From positions 1 to 64,000 of the forward strand of contig JBMFMV010000003.1 of the NCBI GenBank assembly GCA_049970495.1: a stretch of DNA of 64,000 nucleotides, in the 5' to 3' direction. Position 1 is the first letter of the stretch, and each line of letters opens with the position of its first letter. The position numbers and the translations under genes are program-made. This document shows positions 59,856-64,000 of the stretch, piece by piece. Under the pieces are notes generated by a model that had not been told where the DNA came from, did not search any database, and saw only the letters and a program-made list of their open reading frames with translations. Source of the stretch: a bacterium. Its GTDB lineage: Bacteria; DUMJ01.

Positions 59856-60552
59856 AGTCTTTTTGGAAAAAGTTTCTGATACGATAAAGGTTTTTGATAG
59901 GGAGATCCTTCGTCATATTTCTGCTAGAAGACTTTCTGAGGGTGATCAATTAATAGTCTGTGATAGATTTGGCCAGTCTTATATATATAGAATAAAAGAG
60001 AGAGAACAGAGTAGTATTTTACTAGAAAAAGTAGAACCAATAGAATTTTCTTTCCCTTTAAAGAATGTTATATACGCCCAAGCTCTCATAAGACCTCGAA
60101 AGTTAGAATCAATTATTTCTTACAGTACTCAATTAGGAGTAGAATCTTTTGTCTTTTTTGTATCTAAGAGGTCATCGATAAGGGATCTAAGTATAGTTAA
60201 AAAGAGATTAGATAGACTTAGGAGTGTAGCTATGGCTTCGGCTGAGATATCCATGAATAGGGTACCTGATATAAAAATTGTGCCTGATCTTAAGACTCTT
60301 CTAGAACAGTTTAGTACTTATAAGCCTTTATTACTTTATGAAAATGCACAGGAGAGATTAAATTTAGAATGGCTTAAGAATAATGATATTAATGACATAC
60401 TATTTATCATAGGTCCGGAAGGCGGTTTTGAGGATGAAGAAGTTGAGATAGTTAGGGAAAGGGGTGGCTTTATTCTTTCATTAGGTGATAGAATCTTGAC
60501 CTCCGAAGTAGCTGGTTTTGTTGTTCTTTCCCTTATTCAATTTGGGATCTAA
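59842..60552 (+). CDS. rsmE: 16S rRNA m3U1498 methyltransferase
   Basis: IGPEGGF, SLGDRIL..E; synteny; start uncertain (59836 or 59842). Confidence 0.9.
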   Translation: MTLLRVFLEKVSDTIKVFDREILRHISARRLSEGDQLIVCDRFGQSYIYRIKEREQSSILLEKVEPIEFSFPLKNVIYAQALIRPRKLESIISYSTQLGVESFVFFVSKRSSIRDLSIVKKRLDRLRSVAMASAEISMNRVPDIKIVPDLKTLLEQFSTYKPLLLYENAQERLNLEWLKNNDINDILFIIGPEGGFEDEEVEIVRERGGFILSLGDRILTSEVAGFVVLSLIQFGI

Positions 60553-60557
60553 GTATT

Positions 60558-61799
60558 ATGAGATTTCGAATATATACCTTTGGTTGCAAGACCAATCAGT
60601 ATGATTCAGAATTCTTAAGAAGAATTTTAGTTAACTCTATGAAAGAGGCTAATGATGAAGAGATTCCGGATATTATTATTGTCAATACTTGCTCTGTAAC
60701 ACATATAGCAGAGAGAAAGGCTAGAACTTTAATTAGACATCTTTTAAGGACTTATCCTACTGCTAAGGTAATTGTTACCGGATGTTATGCAGAGAGAGAC
60801 CCTAAAGCTATAGAAAACCTTGGCAATCTTATAGTAGTAGGTAATAGAGATAAAGAGAAGATACCTAGTTTATTATTGCCTGATTCTATTCCCAAGATTT
60901 TACCTGAAGATAAAAGTAAAAGGATAAGGGCTTTTGTGAAGATTCAAGATGGTTGTGATGATTTCTGTTCCTATTGTATAGTCCCTTATGTAAGAGGTCC
61001 TGTCCGTTCTAGAAAGACTGAAGAAATCTTAAAAGAAGTTAAGACTTTGGCTGAATTAGGTTATCCTGAGATTGTATTAACAGGTATACATATAGGCAGA
61101 TTTGAAGATAATGGAAGAAGACTTTCCGATTTAGTAAAGCTTATATATAGAGAAGTTCCAGATATAAAAAGAATTAGATTAAGTTCTATAGAACCTCAAG
61201 AAGTGAATAGAGAAATTATAAGACTCTTTAATGAAGTTCCTATTTTATGTCCTCACATACATTTAGTTGCTCAAAGTGGGAGTAATAAGGTCTTAAAGGA
61301 TATGAGAAGAAAGTATACAAGGAAGGAATATCTTTCTCTAGTTGAGGAGTTCAGATCGATTAGAAATGATATAGAATTTACCACTGATATAATAGTGGGA
61401 TTTCCTACTGAAGAAGAAAGGGATTTTGAGGATACTATATCTTTGGTAAAAGAGGTTGGCTTTATTAAAGTACATATATTCCCTTTTTCCCCTAGGCCAG
61501 GAACCGATGCCTTTTCCCTAAAGAGAATAGATAAGAAGGTAGTTAGAGAAAGAGAAGAAAGACTTAAAGAGGTAAGTTTAGACGTAGCCTTTAATAGGCT
61601 TAAAAATATTATAGGAGAGGATATGGAAATTCTAGTAGAGAGATATTCAAATGGTGTAGCAGTCGGTCTGACTAAAACTTATATTAGAGTCTATTCGACT
61701 GTATCTTCCCCTATTTCTATAGGGGACCTTATAAGGGTCCGCATCAATAGTGTAAATAAGGGAAAAGACAGCGTAAATCTTAAGGGCACTTCTTCTTAG
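60558..61799 (+). CDS. mtaB: tRNA t6A37 methylthiotransferase
   Basis: TFGCKTNQY, NTCSVT, VTGCYA, CDDFCSYC; synteny. Confidence 0.93.
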   Translation: MRFRIYTFGCKTNQYDSEFLRRILVNSMKEANDEEIPDIIIVNTCSVTHIAERKARTLIRHLLRTYPTAKVIVTGCYAERDPKAIENLGNLIVVGNRDKEKIPSLLLPDSIPKILPEDKSKRIRAFVKIQDGCDDFCSYCIVPYVRGPVRSRKTEEILKEVKTLAELGYPEIVLTGIHIGRFEDNGRRLSDLVKLIYREVPDIKRIRLSSIEPQEVNREIIRLFNEVPILCPHIHLVAQSGSNKVLKDMRRKYTRKEYLSLVEEFRSIRNDIEFTTDIIVGFPTEEERDFEDTISLVKEVGFIKVHIFPFSPRPGTDAFSLKRIDKKVVREREERLKEVSLDVAFNRLKNIIGEDMEILVERYSNGVAVGLTKTYIRVYSTVSSPISIGDLIRVRINSVNKGKDSVNLKGTSS

Positions 61800-61803
61800 C
61801 TTA

Positions 61804-61856
61804 GGAGTATTTGAAATCTGTAAGTTCGTATTGTATTAGAAAGTTTCAAATAGTCC
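61804..61856. repeat. 13 bp inverted repeat after mtaB (possible terminator)
   Basis: GGAGTATTTGAAA / TTTCAAATAGTCC (12/13 match), 27 nt loop. Confidence 0.45.
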
Positions 61857-61967
61857 TTTGGTCTGTCAAAAATAGGGCTCCATAAGCTTTTGCGTAGAAC
61901 TTACAAAGCCTCGGCATATTGATTTTCTAATTACTGGTGGTATAATTCTATATCTAGGTGATGTGGC

Positions 61968-62627
61968 ATGCCTGAAAAGATTAAGAATGTAGCGGTGATA
62001 GGTTTAGGCAGATTTGGTTTTTCCCTAGCTGTAAATTTACAGCAGCTAGGTTGTAACGTATTGGCTATAGATAGTGATGCGGATGTTATAGAGAACATAA
62101 AAGATGGTATATCGCAGGCGTTAGTCTTAGATGCCACTGACGAAACTGCATTAAGAGAGGCGGGAGTAGGAGATATGGATGCAGCATGCATTTCAACAGG
62201 AAGGGATTTACAATCGAGTGTTTTGACTGCCCTTATATTAAAAAAACTTGGTGTAAAATATATTTTAGCTACTGCGATAAATGATTTGCACAAGAAGATA
62301 CTAGAAAAGATTGGGGTAAATCTTATCATTTTTCCTGAAAAAGATATGGGGGCTAGAATTGCATACAGGTTAACTCACCCCACAGTCTTAGAGAGGATAG
62401 AAGTCTCTCCAGATATAGAAATGATAGAAATAGATCCTTTAGAATGGATGATTGGAAAATCTCTGTCAGAGATAGACCTGCCAAAGAGATATGGAATAAG
62501 AATATTCGCTATAAGAAGGAAAGATAAAACTATAACAGAACTTACAGGAGATACAAGAATCTTAAAGGATGATAAGATATATATCTATGGAAGGCATAAC
62601 GCTATAGAGAAATTTGTGGAGCACTAA
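61968..62627 (+). CDS. ktrA: Ktr/Trk potassium uptake RCK subunit
   Basis: AVIGLGRFG, FPEKDMG, RCK_C domain. Confidence 0.9.
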   Translation: MPEKIKNVAVIGLGRFGFSLAVNLQQLGCNVLAIDSDADVIENIKDGISQALVLDATDETALREAGVGDMDAACISTGRDLQSSVLTALILKKLGVKYILATAINDLHKKILEKIGVNLIIFPEKDMGARIAYRLTHPTVLERIEVSPDIEMIEIDPLEWMIGKSLSEIDLPKRYGIRIFAIRRKDKTITELTGDTRILKDDKIYIYGRHNAIEKFVEH

Positions 62628-62629
62628 CT

Positions 62630-63961
62630 ATGCAGAAAGAGAACAATCCTTGGCGCTTTATAGTTCTCAGTTTCCTTTTTATAATCCTTACTGGAGCTTT
62701 ATTATTGATGTTACCAATCTCTTCCAGATCTGGAAGATTTACCGATCCTCTCACTGCTCTCTTTACTGCTACCTCTGCTACATGTGTTACAGGACTTGTG
62801 GTTGTCGATACTGGGACTTACTGGACATTTTTTGGTCAGATAGTTATTTTACTTTTAATACAATTAGGCGGTATAAGCTATATGACTCTTCTAAGTTTTT
62901 TAGCTCTGTTACTTCGTAGGCAAGTCTTTCTACATGAAAGAATTATCTTACAGGAATCTCTTAATACTTGGTCTATTAGAGGTGTTATGCGATTGGCTAG
63001 GTTAGTCCTTTTTACGGTAATCTCATTTGAAGGGATTGGTGCTTTATTTCTATTTTTGGTCTTTAAAAAAGATTATCCTCTTCTGACCTCTATAAAATTT
63101 GGCATCTTTCACAGTATCTCTGCCTTCTGTAATGCCGGTTTTGATCTTTTAGGAGGATTTAAAAGTTTTACTGGATATGTAGATAATCCTCTCTTGGTAT
63201 TTACGGTGACATCTCTTATCATATTTGGCGGTATAGGATTTATTGTGATGCATGACCTCAGAAGTAATCTTTTTAATTGGAAAAAACTTACTCTACACTC
63301 CAAATTGGCTATAGTAACAACACTTATCCTGATAAGTTCAGGTACAGTAGTTGTTGGAATCTTGGAATGGAAAAATCCAAACACTTTGGGAAGTCTTTCT
63401 GTTAATGGGAAATTATTAGGGGCTTATTTTCAAGCTGTAACTCCTAGGACAGCTGGTTTTAATACTGTTAATATTGGAGGAATGCGACCAGAAACATTAC
63501 TTTTTGTCATTTTACTTATGTTCATAGGGGCGTCTCCTGGTGGTACTGGTGGAGGTATAAAAACGGTAACATTTGCTGTTCTATTATATGCGGTAAGAGC
63601 CACTCTTATGGGATATGAAAATGTAGAGATATTTGGGCGTAGGTTATATTGGGATTCTGTTAGAAAAGCTTGGGCTGTATTTTTTCTCTCTTTAGCGCTT
63701 ATATTTGTAAGCTGGTTTATACTTTTATTAACAGAGAATTTCCCTCCTCTTAACATCCTTTTTGAGGTGGTTTCAGCCTTTGGTACTGTTGGTTTATCTA
63801 CAGGCATAACTCCAAGTTTGTCCCCTATAGGAAAGGTGATAATAATTCTAAATATGTATCTTGGTAGAGTTGGTTTAGTAGTCTTTGGCCTATCTTTCTT
63901 ATATCCTTTAAGGAGAAGGGCTCATATAGAATTGCCTTATGGTGAGGTGAGTATAGGATGA
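62630..63961 (+). CDS. ktrB: Ktr/Trk potassium uptake membrane subunit
   Basis: SATCVTGL, SAFCNAGF, RTAGF, SAFGTVGLS pore loops. Confidence 0.93.
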   Translation: MQKENNPWRFIVLSFLFIILTGALLLMLPISSRSGRFTDPLTALFTATSATCVTGLVVVDTGTYWTFFGQIVILLLIQLGGISYMTLLSFLALLLRRQVFLHERIILQESLNTWSIRGVMRLARLVLFTVISFEGIGALFLFLVFKKDYPLLTSIKFGIFHSISAFCNAGFDLLGGFKSFTGYVDNPLLVFTVTSLIIFGGIGFIVMHDLRSNLFNWKKLTLHSKLAIVTTLILISSGTVVVGILEWKNPNTLGSLSVNGKLLGAYFQAVTPRTAGFNTVNIGGMRPETLLFVILLMFIGASPGGTGGGIKTVTFAVLLYAVRATLMGYENVEIFGRRLYWDSVRKAWAVFFLSLALIFVSWFILLLTENFPPLNILFEVVSAFGTVGLSTGITPSLSPIGKVIIILNMYLGRVGLVVFGLSFLYPLRRRAHIELPYGEVSIG

Positions 63962-64000
63962 GATTATTTTATAGACCTTCTCAATATGCAGTTATAGGAA
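63958..64000 (+). CDS. Probable second RCK/TrkA-family gene (truncated by window end)
   Basis: ATGA overlap with the ktrB stop, SD GAGGTG; MRLFYRPSQYAVIG resembles the start of a TrkA Rossmann motif. Confidence 0.45.
   Translation, partial: MRLFYRPSQYAVIG

Noticed and set aside
61800..61960. c-di-AMP (ydaO) riboswitch upstream of ktrAB
   Set aside because: Conserved ydaO motifs not seen, and a TGnTATAAT at about 61938-61946 lies downstream of the hairpins
1405..63807. Numerous short antisense or out-of-frame ORFs in the track (e.g. 12723..13229, 25854..26171, 33335..33703, 61931..62329, 63430..63807)
   Set aside because: Shadow ORFs overlapping well-supported genes, with no motifs or RBS
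1..64000. CRISPR array, tRNA, rRNA, selenocysteine recoding
   Set aside because: No regularly spaced direct repeats, cloverleaf or rRNA-like segments noticed in the intergenic regions; hydrogenase ORFs have no in-frame TGA

Overview
This is a low-GC bacterial chromosomal window. It looks like an anaerobic, saccharolytic, possibly thermophilic Terrabacteria genome (Dictyoglomus/Thermotoga-like SBPs, DnaK lacking the proteobacterial insert); the taxonomy is inference only. In order it contains: (1) an array of two family-5 ABC solute-binding proteins and four cytoplasmic sulfatase-family genes, two with canonical CxPxR and two with an unusual TxPxR; (2) a shikimate cluster aroE-aroC-aroK-aroB-aroF-tyrA; (3) a ~300 bp internally deleted IS/MITE; (4) a short bacterioferritin and a DUF362 gene; (5) rpmH-rnpA-yidD-yidC-jag-mnmE-mnmG-rsmG with no adjacent dnaA or parAB; (6) an M23 peptidase, a URO-D-family gene, fhs and a Spy/CpxP gene; (7) a group 3d-like [NiFe]-hydrogenase operon with a NuoG-like Fe-S subunit but no flavin (HoxF) subunit, hypABF, and an IS481-like remnant upstream; (8) a third SBP, zwf, PfpI, a SIS protein, a deacetylase-like gene and a PHP hydrolase; (9) a divergent catabolic locus of DapA-family lyase + LarA-family racemase/epimerase facing a form IV RuBisCO-like protein + GH38 alpha-mannosidase, flanked by a lactate permease; (10) MFS, ccdA, the CIRCE-controlled hrcA-grpE-dnaK-dnaJ-prmA-rsmE-mtaB operon and ktrAB. 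The strongest candidate for an undescribed system is the RLP/GH38/LarA/DapA/LctP locus, followed by the Thr-type sulfatase array and the diaphorase-less hydrogenase. No rRNA, tRNA or CRISPR array was recognised.
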